Origin: Octopus bimaculoides
Taxonomy: Eukaryota
Direction of reading: 5' to 3'
Length of the DNA: 57,601 nucleotides
NCBI RefSeq assembly: GCF_001194135.2
Contig: NC_068982.1
Span: forward strand, 112,151,044 to 112,208,644
Part shown: positions 40,461-54,057 of the stretch, piece by piece
Numbering within the stretch: position 1 is the first letter of the stretch
Layout: every line of letters begins with the position of its first letter
Position numbers and translations under genes: made by a program
The notes under the pieces: generated by a model
Told to the model about the DNA's origin: nothing
The model's input: only the letters and a program-made list of their open reading frames with translations
Databases searched by the model: none

Positions 40461-41021
40461 ACTGCAATTATTAAATCCGTCATGTTTGTTGATCCTCATT
40501 AATCCTCTTAATACAGCGAACAATAATTTCCACTACAAGCAGTTCACAAAAGTGTAAGTTTGCCGTTAGGAAGAAAAGAGCCCTCATTCTCACGGCAAAC
40601 TAATATATTATCACAGCGTATTTAATATTTTTCAACACCGTTAATTTTATCAGATCTTATTGTTTAACCTCTTTATTTCTGCTATGAAAACTAGGAAGTT
40701 TAACAGGTAAACTTGGAAAATTTAACAGAATGATATTTTGGAGGATAGCTAGGAAATTAATACACTTATTCGTGTTCATGCATGTGTGTCCGTATTGTCT
40801 GTGTATGTATGTGTATAAACCAATGTGTGAATGTATGCATGCGTGCACGCGTGTGTATATGTATGACAATACATCTAGTAGTTTTGATCGAAAATTCAGA
40901 ATATTCCATCTGTCAGTAAACACATGCTCACTCTTTGACACATATAAATATATATGTCTACACGTAATATAACATAACAAAATATATTAAATTATATTAT
41001 ATGTTATATTATACATATATG

Positions 41022-41071
<50 letters not shown>

Positions 41072-42361
41072 CATATATATACACACATATATATATATAC
41101 ATATACACACATATATATACATACATATATTATATATTATATATATATATATACATACATACATACATACATACATGTTTTTCTGTAGTTATGTATATAT
41201 GTAGGGTAGAGTGTTTACATAGTTTTGTTTTATTCGAATGTACGTATGAAGATATAAAGAACAACAAAGAAATAGACTCCAATACACGAGAAGTGAAAAA
41301 TAACTTACCGCATACTTTTAAGTTTTGATCAGTTCAAGGAATTAAAAGCAGATAATTAGACAAAAACTATCAGTAAAGTTTCTAAAATTGTCTTAAACCT
41401 ATTTCTAAACACCCGTTAGTCATTAACTTCTCAATTTCATCAATTTGCTTCATGGATTTTTGACATCAAAAGATATTAGTTGATTCAAGTAGTGTTTCAT
41501 CATAATGAAGTCTATACACGTTCAATACACGGCAAAAACAACCGGAATCATAGTTGAAGCAGACTGAAGATTGATTGACTTTTCAAAGATTTGATCATAT
41601 AGGAAGAACAACAACATAACTGTAAACGATCAAAAAGTCCACATTATCAATAATAAAGAAGCTTACATTCAGTGTTCTTTCTTCTACTCTCTTACGCTGA
41701 CTTTTTAACTTTGGATAGTTTGGTGTTAGTTCTTCATTATCGCGATGTAAGAAGATCTCTTTCAAATTCACGTTTTCATTAACTGACATAGAAATTTTGA
41801 AATGCTTTATTGTTTTGTTTTTGTATTTTGATTTCTTTTTTTTTGTTTCCCCAGTTAAATTCAATCTGTTTACTCCAGTTTTATTGCTTCTTTGTAATAT
41901 TGTATTTATATAAAATATTTAATCTTCCCGGGCATTTTCCAGAGGAAACCAATAATTAGAAAGCAGAAAATTGTAAAGTTTTATGTGCCAAAGTGAAAAA
42001 GAAAATACGTGTACATCTGTAAATCTTTCAAAGAACATAAATGTATCTGAGTAAATAATCTACAATTACGTTGCTCTTAGAGAAAAGTGCATATCAACAT
42101 GCTCCATAAAATATTCTAGGTTTTGAGTTGGATAATTCAATATCTGTTGGCAGATTTTGTTATATATCTATATTATCATTATATGTCAACTATAAAAGCT
42201 ACTATAGATGCTGCCAACAAACTAAATTGGAAAATATCGGATGAGAAATGGTAATCAAGTTATTATTGTCTGTTCTTTGCAAATATCAATATATAAATTG
42301 ATCAAAAGTAGTTGCTTGCTTGACTTTTCGTGTGTTTATTTACCCTCCCTCCTCTCTGCAG

Positions 42362-42396
42362 GTCTCTAAATATTGGTAAATCGTTTAGCACCACCG
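42362..42396 (+). other. Candidate 35-nt exon (UTR exon, or coding SLNIGKSFSTT)
   Basis: Strong acceptor (tttatttaccctccctcctctctgcAG) and strong donor (CCG|GTAAGT); only one of three frames is open. Confidence 0.45.
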
Positions 42397-42526
42397 GTAA
42401 GTAATTACCGACTTTTACAAACTGTTGAAGCTAAGTTTACTTTGACAAGTTTAACCAAATTTAGATGCCTAATTATGATTATAATTCAGCTTACGTACAC
42501 GGTGCTTTGTGATATCCCTATACGTT

Positions 42527-42585
<59 letters not shown>

Positions 42586-42794
42586 GAATCCTTTTGTAAA
42601 AAATAGATCGTGTGTTCGCATGTTTGTGCGTGTGTGTTGGCTGTAATGTAGGGTATTATAGAAAGAAATATGATAGTAATGATCTCAAACGGGTGCATCA
42701 CCTTACAGAGCCCCACGGTTGGGTGGGGATTTGGTCTCTACTGTACCATGCTCGTTCACTGCATGTTAATGCCGATTGGCAGTTGATTAAATTA

Positions 42795-42952
42795 GTACCC
42801 GGGACTTGATAGGTACTTCAATTTATCGACTAAGGAAGGATGAAGGACAAACTTGACCTCGGTGAGATTTCAAGTTAGAACGTAATGTGTTAGAACAAAT
42901 AACAGAAGGCATGTTGTCTGATGCTGTAACGCCTTTGCTAATCCACCGCCCT
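42795..42952 (-). mobile_element. SINE family A copy
   Basis: GGTACTT..TTTATCGAC..GGAAGGATGAAGGACAAACTTGACCTCGGTG...TAGAACGTAA...CCACCGCCCTT. Confidence 0.7.
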
Positions 42953-43635
42953 TTTACATGCATGACTCTCTAATAGCAATTCTAATATTTCAGTGATGTC
43001 GATCGATCTATGTCAAATAGTTTGGTAGGTGCAATAACTAACTGGAGTTAAGCTTTTCTAAGTTAATGGGGTAAAATAAATATTTCTAATGATTATGAAC
43101 ATACAAATTATTACATTTTCTGACTCTTCAGTAATACCCAATTTCATCTTCACCGTTTATTAACGCTAATGGATAACCAGTTTTTGTTATTATCGGTAAC
43201 AGCTGCCTAAATTATCTCACAGGAAATAATCTGCTTACAATCAAAATATACACAATAATGCATTGAGTCCGAACCTCAGCTAGCTTTCCTAATACTGAAA
43301 AGATTGCATTCTTTAAGTACATACTTCATATGATATATGGATTCATATTTCAGCGAAGAATACACAATATTTGTGTTTATTTAGAATCAAAGTTTGCTAC
43401 ATGGTAATATTAGCTGTTAATAATCTGTTAATTATTCCAGAGTGACTATTGAAATAGCTATTAAATACTCAAAACTAATCTCTTCCTTAACAATAGCTGA
43501 AGAGACAAAACAACTGATTAGATAATATTTTGGTTTACCAGCAGATAGATTTTGCATCCATTTGCTATGTAGCCCCTTAACAGTGAATTTAGTGAATTCG
43601 CATCTACACCTCGCGACTGTCTGGTAAAAACTCAC

Positions 43636-43675
43636 CATCTCGTTCGAATCTTAAATTTAATTGATGATGATATAT
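43636..43675 (-). other. Candidate 40-nt exon
   Basis: Acceptor gtgattgtttgtAG, strong donor ATG|GTGAGT; two open frames (IYHHQLNLRFERD or ISSSIKFKIRTR). Confidence 0.3.
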
Positions 43676-44533
43676 CTACAAACAATCACTTATTTAACGC
43701 GTCGGAGTGCAGTTCTATTGCTTAGCGTTATCAGCGTGAATGTATGTACTAATAAAGAGAAACACACCACAATCTTTGAAACGATTTGCTACCAATATAT
43801 TTCTATATTTCTATTAACTGTATTAGTTAGATAATAGATATAATTAATAGCTCTGGAGTCTTAGATAGTTATAAATCTAGTAAAACTTCAATGAATATGT
43901 CTTTAACAGTTGACCTAAAATGCACTCAAAGAAAGAATTCGATAGAAACTCAGTAAAAGAAAATTACAATAACAGAACGTACTTGGATAAAAAAGTTATA
44001 TAAAAATTGCCTGTAAGTTGCAGTAACAAAAATTGGCAACCAGCTGCAGTCATTAACAAATGTTTTATGTTTTTTAAGGACAATACAGAGACATCTCAGA
44101 CAATAACCAATATTAATTGTTCGGTTACGGACAACAGGTCTGAGCAACAGTGTATTTCCCAGTTAAATACCGTTTCAAATTTGTATCATATCTGTTTCTG
44201 TGTTAATATGATAATGTAGCTTTATATATAGGAGTAGTCGAACTTATTTTACAATTTCATTGAAAATATTTTATACCATATTTTTGTCCATGTTTTCAAC
44301 AATTTTATTCATGTTTCTACAACATCACCAGCTGCACCATGATGTTGCTGAGGTTATGTGCAGAATTGTTATTTGAAGATGTAAACATTTGTTTGTGTCA
44401 TTTGTTTTGCTTTTGCATTTCTTGTATTGTTTTAGCGTTTCGTCTCTTCCTTGCATGCAATTTGTGCTGTGTCAGATATGCTATGCTAAGTAATGATTGC
44501 TTTTCGTAGGAGTGTGTGAATTGATGTTATGTA

Positions 44534-44601
<68 letters not shown>

Positions 44602-44635
44602 ATAATAATAATAATAATGATAATAATAATAATAT

Positions 44636-44930
<295 letters not shown>

Positions 44931-45137
44931 CCTACGTAAAATACTGTCTATGTAATATCAAATTTTAAAACCAAATTATAATTTTCTTATGTTTCCTTAA
45001 ACATTCTCTAGAATGTGCAAAACCAAATATATGACACCCTAGGCATAACACCAACTTGATCATTTAACTTGTTGTCTCTTGAGGTCTTTGGGTGAGACTT
45101 GGAGTCAACTAGTACAAAAAGAAAGCAAAAGTGAAAC

Positions 45138-45221
<84 letters not shown>

Positions 45222-45321
45222 TAATAATAATAACAAAATTGATAATAATGGACTCTCTCGTCGAAGACGACGTATGAACGTTTAGCTTTTTATCGAACGA
45301 CATGCACAAAAGATTTGCTTA

Positions 45322-45534
45322 TAGTTCGTGTCGCACATTAGCTCACTCTCACTATCAAATCGACGTTGTCTGAAAAGGTGCACTGAACACCACGTGTCAG
45401 GTATCGAAGTGATTGTAGAGCAACTTGAGATGAAGTGTTTGGCTCAAGAAAACAACGCACTACTCGGTCTAGGAATTGAAACCACGATCTCATGATTGCG
45501 AGTGCAACACTCTAATAACTAAAGTAAAGCGACC

Positions 45535-45535
<1 letters not shown>
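45322..45535 (-). mobile_element. tRNA-derived SINE copy
   Basis: Minus strand ...GTTATTAGAGTGTTGCACTCGCAATCATGAGATCGTGGTTTCAATTCCTAGACC (tRNA-like head with B box), then TTCTTGAGCCAAACACTT (CORE-like box). Confidence 0.65.
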
Positions 45536-45604
<69 letters not shown>

Positions 45605-45627
45605 TAATAATAATAATAATAATAATG

Positions 45628-45690
<63 letters not shown>

Positions 45691-45694
<4 letters not shown>

Positions 45695-45837
45695 CAGAAA
45701 CAATTCCTATCATAGTAGGTGCCTTAGGTATAATAAAAAAATATTCAGACAAATACATAACAAAAACACCAGGACTTACAAATATATATAACATACAGAA
45801 AATTGCACTACTGGGTACTGCACACATTCTACGCAAA
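45691..45837 (+). mobile_element. 3' end of an R4/Dong-like LINE ORF
   Basis: KTETIPIIVGALGIIKKYSDKYITKTPGLTNIYNIQKIALLGTAHILRK, same C-terminal signature as 7960-8110. Flanked 5' by (AAT)n and, after a gap, 3' by (AAT)n(AAG)n. Confidence 0.85.
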
Positions 45838-45938
45838 NNNNNNNNNNNNNNNNNNNNNNNNNNNNNNNNNNNNNNNNNNNNNNNNNNNNNNNNNNNNNNN
45901 NNNNNNNNNNNNNNNNNNNNNNNNNNNNNNNNNNNNNN

Positions 45939-46001
<63 letters not shown>

Positions 46002-46207
46002 AAGAAGAGGAAGGAGAAAACAAAGAAAAAGAATACTTGAGACAGTGAACTGGCAGTATCATAAGAGAGTTACAAAAAAAAAAAAAAACCAGTGTGTAAA
46101 CGAGAAATTTCTGGAACTTTTGAACATCTAACGTATTACTTGGGGTAGATGAAATACCTGTCTTGCAGACATGTGTATTTGTTTTTGTCTTTTCGATACT
46201 GCCCACC

Positions 46208-46283
46208 ATGGCTTCTTTCCGGGTAGCAGTACGAAACCGGTGGCAGAGGATAAAATTCATTTTTGAAGACAATAACACAGAAG
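46208..46283 (+). other. Candidate start exon or small ORF (MASFRVAVRNRWQRIKFIFEDNNTE)
   Basis: GCCCACCATGG start context, upstream ttgcAG acceptor at about 46170, AAG|GTTTGA donor; without splicing it reads as a 31-aa ORF ending at 46303. Confidence 0.2.
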
Positions 46284-46571
46284 GTTTGAGCAACAAAAGA
46301 TAAACAGGAAAAAAGAAAAAAAGTATTGCAAACAATCAGACACAATTACTGACAGAGACGTTAACTCTTTGAAAATATATATAGAAAAATATGACAGCTT
46401 ATCAAACGGACATATTTGTAAACACAGACTATCTCACTTTGAAACAGACTAGTGTCGAAAACGTAAACTTCCTACCCCCAAAACTATAATAGTAGTTTTG
46501 TTTGGACATAGGCTAAATCTCAGGGAAGAACTAGCGATTTCTTGCCTCAGAAAATTATCGTGATACGGGCT

Positions 46572-46795
46572 TGTTGTTGGCACTCCATCGCTTACGATGT
46601 CAAGGGTTCCAGTTGATCCGATCAACGGAACAGCCTGCTCGTGAAATTAACGTGCAAGTGGCTAAGCACTCCACTGACACGTGTACCCTTAACGTAGTTC
46701 TCGGGGATATTCAGCGTGACACAGTGTGACAAGGCTGACCCTTTGAATTACAGGCACAACAAAAACGGGAAGTAAGAGTGAGAGAAAGTTGCGGT
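46572..46795 (+). mobile_element. Well-preserved interspersed repeat (SINE body)
   Basis: CpG-retaining, GC-richer block with patchy similarity (ACACGTGT, AGC(C/A)ACTTG) to 45322-45535 in the opposite orientation; also recalled as a common octopus repeat (unverified). Confidence 0.5.
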
Positions 46796-47323
46796 GGAAG
46801 AGTACTCTGGCTATTTGTTGCAGAATTCTCGTTTATTATTTCAATATGACTTCCTGTAATAAAGCTCTTAAGAAAGCTAACAAACAATTTGACAATAGGG
46901 AATACACCTGATTGTCATAGGAAAGAGCATTCGTTGCGATTTTGGGGCTTGATCTGTTGCCACCTTACTCAACTGAAAGGAATTAAATGTCTTCTACGTC
47001 ATATTAATAATGCTACATGTGCACAAGAGGTTTGTGAAACTAAAACATCACCTTCTTTAACATCATCATCGTAACATTAATTATCTTCAGTATTCAGATA
47101 ATATCGTTTCCCCCAGACATTGACCTGAAGGTGTCGAAAATCTTCATCCATCACATCAATCACTCTCTACGTTGGAAGAGTCTGCAAATGTCGTAAACAC
47201 AATTTTTCTTCACTAACAAACTGACACAAAATAAAAAGTGACACTGCTAGCGCGTATTAGAATGTTTGAAAAAGTATTTAATTTTTATCATAAAAGATAT
47301 TAATTAGTTATATAATTTAATAT

Positions 47324-47531
47324 GGTTTCAAATTTGGCACACGACCAGTAATTCTGGGGAAAAGGCAAGTCGATAAAATCGATCCCAGTATTCAACTAGT
47401 ACTTATTTCACCGACCTCAAAAGGATGAAATGCAAAGTCTACCTCAGCGCAATTTGAACTCTGAACGTAACGGTGGAAGAAATGCTGCTAAACATTTTGC
47501 CTGCCTAACGCTTCTGCCAACTCTCCGCCTT
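47324..47531 (-). mobile_element. Full-length SINE family A copy
   Basis: Reverse complement aligns end to end with 19582-19777. Confidence 0.85.
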
Positions 47532-48535
47532 AAGTTTTATAATTGATATAACAAATATTATTTTATGCAAAGCATTAGCTTTCTTATGTGGGTCTTACTC
47601 TACATTACATAAAATGGTTTTGCATCGAGTATCATTTTGACTTACTCTTTGAGAAAATACTTATACGTGCACAAACACACATACATATAAACAAACATAA
47701 ATACATACAAACATACACACACACGCATGCGTGTGCACACACATGCATGCGTGTGCACACACACGCATGCGCGTGCGCACACAGACACTTACACATATAT
47801 ACATACAAATGCATATATATTTATATATGTGTGTGTGTGTACATACATATACACACACAAACTCACATACCTTATACATATATAAAATGAAGCTAGGAGG
47901 TAATGTACTGAATACCAAACACAAACAATTCGAAATTAATTAAAATTTCGTTATTAATTAGAAAAAGAGCACAAAAGCCTAATGGCATTTGTTGGTGCTT
48001 CGTAGAGAAAAAGGGAGATAATTTCTAGAAATTAACAATTAATCTCCCAACATTATCTGACGTTGTGAACGAAAGGAATGGTGATGTTTGAAGGTAATAG
48101 ATGATTGTAGCATGTCTAACTGTTTTAGAAAATAACTAAAAAAAAAAAAANNNNNNNNNNATATATTTGTGTGTGTGTGTGTGTGTGTGTGTTTGTGTGT
48201 CTGTGTGTACACATGCACACATACACACATATTTGGAAACTATCGAAACAGCTGTAAGAGAAATTAGGATAACATCTTGAATATATGGAAGTTTTTGAAA
48301 AAATTATGAGTGAATTCAAACGGGAAGTTAATCTGTACAGAGAGAAGGAAGAATTGCATAATTCTAATAGGATTATGAACAAAACAAAAAAGAAGACTTA
48401 TTTTAAAAGAATTGGAAGCCACCTTCGCTTATGCCTCCAAATAATTCATAGTTGATATTATCGAGTAGCCAAGGGGCATAGCTTTAAATTTAGTATTATA
48501 TTAATTTATTTTGGTAACGGTATGGCATAATTTTT

Positions 48536-48722
48536 AGCACGAAGTACAAGGATAATTAGCGGAATTCCTTCCGCTTTACTTTCTGAGTTAAAATTCCACT
48601 GACCTTTATTTTACCTTTCATCTTTTCGAGGTCGAGAAAAATAATACTAGTTGAGCACTCGAGTGAACATAATCAACTAGCCCCCTCCCACCACAAGTTT
48701 TAGGTCTTGTACTTATGACAGA
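48536..48722 (+). mobile_element. SINE family A copy
   Basis: Contains CCTTTCATCTTTTCGAGGTCGAGAAAAATAATACTAGTTGAGCACT...CTAGCCCCCTCCC matching the family core. Confidence 0.75.
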
Positions 48723-49388
48723 AAAAAATATGCTTCCGATGAATTTCGTTTTAGTGTATCAAAAAAAGATCTACGGCACAAAAAAGTTGAATATTTTGTA
48801 TTTCTGATTAATAATTGAAATGTGTAAACAATAACATATTTTGTATTTCGAAACCCATTACAGACACAACGTATAAGTAAGAATAGCTTAGCAAAATCTT
48901 ATATAAACATGATCGAATTATATTTTGGCTTTGTTTAATTCAGATTCTCTGAAACCTAGAAATAAATTCATTTTCGTGAGTTAAGCAAAATCTTTTTATA
49001 AAAACATGATCGAGATATATTTTTAATTCAATTAATTAAAATCCACAGAGCCTAAAAAACTCCCAATCTTCTGGTGTATGCTACCTGTATTTTTAAATAT
49101 AGTAATTTTAGATATACTAATTTATTTGAATTGTCTTTAAAATGCTATTAACACGTCTTCACACATTTTGAAAACTCTGGAACTCTTTTTCTTATTGCTA
49201 CGCCATTTCCGATTAAAAAAAAAACTGCCAACAAAAACATTTGAATATTAGAACTATATTATGAATATTATTCAATTTCCTTTCTTTAATATTTATACAT
49301 GTAATCTAATGAATAACCAGTTTAATCGATTATACCAAACCACCTATAAATTTATAGACTTCACAGCCAAGGAAAGAATCTATATTTC

Positions 49389-49475
49389 GCTCGACTTGCT
49401 AGACTTGCTCGACTTGCTAGACTTGCTCGACTTGCTAGACTTGCTCGACTTGCTAGACTTGCTTGACTTGCTAGA
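49389..49475 (+). repeat. 9-bp tandem repeat GACTTGCT(A/C), 9 units, alternating last base
   Basis: Direct reading; 18-bp higher-order period. Confidence 0.95.
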
Positions 49476-49818
49476 AATAAGAAGTAAATCCTTTAAAACT
49501 AAACTAAACAATCTTATGTATGTAATAAACGCACAAAGTAAAATATGCTCATGGAGAGTTTATCAGGAACTTAGACGGAGTGATCAAAAGTGAAATGCTT
49601 TGAGCATATGTCTGCTTGAACAGGACTGCCTAGTGTTAAAGAACAGAATTGTTTAGTCTTGTGCTTATGTAAGAAATCAATATTAACGAAGTTGTATTTG
49701 AAGACAAGTTCAGACATATTAATTTTAAATCTATGCTCCTAATTAGATCAGCTGGTGATTGCTCTAATTGTTATTTTACGCTGCAGATTTTAATAAGTCA
49801 TTCATCTGAACACTGTAG

Positions 49819-49913
49819 ATATCTTGTATGATACAATCATCAGAAATAATCCATTAGACATATCAAACTTAACTTCGTATCCAATGGATTATTTCTGTTG
49901 ATTGTATCAAACA

Positions 49914-49919
<6 letters not shown>
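49819..49919. repeat. Hairpin: 37-bp arms (35/37 paired), 27-nt loop
   Basis: 49819-49855 is the reverse complement of 49883-49919 except for one A.A and one T.T mismatch. Confidence 0.95.
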
Positions 49920-49948
<29 letters not shown>

Positions 49949-50544
49949 NNNNNNNNNNNNNNNNNNNNNNNNNNNNNNNNNNNNNNNNNNNNNNNNNNNN
50001 NNNNNNNNNNNNNNNNNNNNNNNNNNNNNNNNNNNNNNNNNNNNNNNNNNNNNNNNNNNNNNNNNNNNNNNNNNNNNNNNNNNNNNNNNNNNNNNNNNNN
50101 NNNNNNNNNNNNNNNNNNNNNNNNNNNNNNNNNNNNNNNNNNNNNNNNNNNNNNNNNNNNNNNNNNNNNNNNNNNNNNNNNNNNNNNNNNNNNNNNNNNN
50201 NNNNNNNNNNNNNNNNNNNNNNNNNNNNNNNNNNNNNNNNNNNNNNNNNNNNNNNNNNNNNNNNNNNNNNNNNNNNNNNNNNNNNNNNNNNNNNNNNNNN
50301 NNNNNNNNNNNNNNNNNNNNNNNNNNNNNNNNNNNNNNNNNNNNNNNNNNNNNNNNNNNNNNNNNNNNNNNNNNNNNNNNNNNNNNNNNNNNNNNNNNNN
50401 NNNNNNNNNNNNNNNNNNNNNNNNNNNNNNNNNNNNNNNNNNNNNNNNNNNNNNNNNNNNNNNNNNNNNNNNNNNNNNNNNNNNNNNNNNNNNNNNNNNN
50501 NNNNNNNNNNNNNNNNNNNNAAAACAAAAGACGAAGACAGGTGT

Positions 50545-50690
50545 ATGAACAAGCAGGTATATTATTTTGACTCACGGGAAAATGAAAAAATCTTTTATGT
50601 TTCGAGCCTACGCTGTTCAACAAAAAGGAATACGAGAAAATAAACAGAGAGTGAAAACCTGTAGATGACCGCTAGATATACAGTTTATAT
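50545..50690 (-). mobile_element. Penelope-like terminal remnant with decayed minimal hammerhead
   Basis: Minus strand CTTT-TTGTTGA-A-CAGC-GTAG-GCTC-GAAA-CATA-AAAG, four substitutions from a minimal type I hammerhead; sits beside a (TA)n-flanked gap. Confidence 0.45.
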
Positions 50691-51120
50691 ATATATGCTT
50701 GTATGTATGAGTTTTTATATATGTGTTCGCGTGTAATTCTGAGAGTGTGTGAATGGCATGTGCGTTGTGAGTTTATTTAGAGTGTATGAATGCGGGTATA
50801 CTGAATTTTGGCCTTTCACGTCGGACTCTGATATTCGAGGGACGTGTAAAAGATATATTGAACATCTGGCATTAATGCATTTCTCAAGAAGAAATATTTA
50901 TCAAGAACATAGTCGACTCTAACAGAATTTCCCTTAGCAGATAGCCTGAAGAATAAAATTCGCTCCCCAACTATCTTATTTATCTCAACTACTCTGTATT
51001 CAAGTAAAATTCGTCAATATTAATTAGACGCAGATTAGTTATATATTTTCTAAACTAAAAATATAGAATACATGAGTACTATTTATAGAAAGGATAGTAT
51101 AATTAATGTTACTTAATAGA

Positions 51121-51228
<108 letters not shown>

Positions 51229-51368
51229 TTATAGACCAATGTTGGGACTATAGTCACGGAGGTATGAAGATATGCATTAACGTATTATTTCTTATTACAA
51301 ATGACGAAGTAAATTCACTAAGGGAAGATATACATGCATACTCATACACACTGATATATATATATATT

Positions 51369-51429
<61 letters not shown>

Positions 51430-52652
51430 ATGTGTATTAGAAGAAAGTGGTTAGCATAAGTGACTATTTAAGATTTAAAACACATCCAAACTCAAGTAAT
51501 TATTTTACTGCACGCTTTATTAATAAATAATTGAATGTAAATTAAGAATTTTGTGAAACTTTGTTATCTACAAATAATACAAAATACGATATATTCTGCA
51601 AAATTTAAAAACAGACCTTTGATACCACCTGTTTCTAAGACACTTTTCAAACACATACATCAAACTTTCACATGGCAGAAGCTAATCAAAATTTAATTTG
51701 CTAAATCTCATTGGGAATAAATATAATCGTGTGTATACAGAGCGGTCCATTTCTTGTGAAGTCGTGAGTTCGTATACCAAATCAGAAAGCAACTCGATAT
51801 TAGAGTAGATAAGCAAGTAGGTTAATGAATAAATTCTAATTCGCCTAACAGCATAATGCTAGCATATACGCATATTTCCTATGTATGAGTGAATGAACAA
51901 TGGTATATATAAATCTGTTATCTTAGTCGTATGTACGTATGTATGCATGTATATATGTATGTGTGTGTGTATGTATGTATGTATGTATGNNNNNNNNNNA
52001 TATATATATATATCGATGAATAGGTATAGCTCTGCATTGATATTCAGAAAATTAATTTCCTGCAATATTTTAGACAATTAAACAAGGTGATGGAAAGAAA
52101 AGAAAATGTCAAACGAAGCAAAAGAATTTGACTTCCAGTTCTATCTTTATTCTATATTTCCGATCAGGTCTCTAATTTTTTTATTTTTATATTTTACGCA
52201 ACGGAAATTCAGTTGGCAAAATATATATATGAATAATGGCGATTTGCCTGATAGGATTATTGCAAAATGTATATTTTCCAAGATCTTTCGCAACTTTAAT
52301 CTGTCTGCCTGTCAGTTTCTCTCAATATTCACATACACACATGCATACATGCATACATACATACATACATACACACATACATACATACAGACAGACATAC
52401 ACACATAAAAAACTTGAGACAAAACAGAAAAATAACGTACTTAAATACACTCGGTCATCATACACTATTATATATGCATATGTGAAAAAATTCATATATC
52501 TACGTACTCATATCTACGTATTCATGTAAATATACATATATACACAAACATACATATATATACGTATTTTATCTATAAATATTATATATATACATATATA
52601 TGATATATTTATACATAAACATACATACATAGATACATATATATAAATATAT

Positions 52653-52725
<73 letters not shown>

Positions 52726-53917
52726 CATACATATATATATATATTTTAGAAACACATGCTCAAACATATACATGTGTTTGAAGCTCTCTTTCCTTCAAAT
52801 GATCTCGCTTACATAATTATATGTATGTATATGAACGCGCACACATATTAATGGTGCGTGCCCAATGCTTATATGTATTGTATATACAAGCAAATGAAAA
52901 TATATATAAAAGTCGTAATAAGCAATTTGTCAATAGGATTGCTGAGAATCTTTTTGCTACATTATCCTACTAAACAAAATACATACTTATTTACAACCTA
53001 GGCCTCGCCAAGATATAATAATTTATTAATACAATTTACTTTTACTCTGCTACTATAGTATTTTTTTTATATCGGAATATTGAAATGTATATAAAGTATT
53101 TCATCATGTTGCTGACATTTTTACACTTGAAAAATACTAACTAAAATCGTTAGAAATAATATAAAATATAATACATTTTCTGAAGAAAGTATGTATTATT
53201 GTGTGTAAGTTTGCGTATATGTAATTTTATATGGATTCCTTTCCATTAAGCAGAGAAAGCGAGAGCTCTGCAAACTGTTATATTTTGTGTATATATACAC
53301 GTATATACACATGCATATATATTTTCATATTTAAATATCATAACAATACTGTGTCGCTTAGAATGGCATTTAATACGAAGCCACTCTATTAGATACTCCA
53401 GGCCGTTCACACGATGTCGAATGTCTCCTGTTTACACTTATGTAAGTGCATGTATGCACCCACTCACACATGTAGACACTAGCCACAAACGTGCACCTCA
53501 CCCCATATGTGTGTGTATCTCTCTCTCTCTATATATATACGTATAGACGCATACACATAAATATACATATGTTATATACAGATAAACGCAGCCACATATA
53601 TTGCATGGATGCTTGTATGCATATATGCACGTATCTATATGAGTATGTATACGTTTTTCTTATTTCGACTTGTTTATGCTGTCTCTTTTTGTTTTAAGCA
53701 TTTGAACAATAAAATTTGTTTAGCTAAACCAACTGGATTAAATGAAAGCAGTTTTTAAGTGATACGAACGGTTTCGAGTTGCCATTAAAGACACTCAAGT
53801 TCAGAAAGTTTCTTACATAAAAGTCACTTTGAACAGAAGAAAAATATGGCTATCACGTTACATTCTCACAATTAAACGACAACGTTACATTTACTAACCA
53901 AACTCTAAAAGACTCAC

Positions 53918-54057
53918 AACAACTTGCTGGCGTTAATACCCCCTTTCTTTTTGCCTTCCATTCGCCGTTTCATTTCATCTTCCAGTCGTTCCTGCATATG
54001 AATGGGGTCAAGGTCAATGTCATCGCTCGCATCATAATCGTCGTTTATCTCCGCCAT
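53918..54057 (-). CDS. Probable first coding exon of an unidentified gene (46 codons + 2 nt, MAEINDDYDASDDIDLDPIHMQERLEDEMKRRMEGKKKGGINASKL)
   Basis: ATG in AAGATGG context and first in-frame Met after an upstream stop. GC-richer, protein-like acidic-then-basic composition. Ends at a consensus donor TT|GTGAGT (phase 2). A polypyrimidine-preceded AG lies about 30 nt upstream, so a 5'UTR intron is possible. Product not recognised. Confidence 0.7.

Noticed and set aside
48885-49050. About 95-bp diverged tandem duplication
   Set aside because: Old, AT-rich, with no feature suggesting function.
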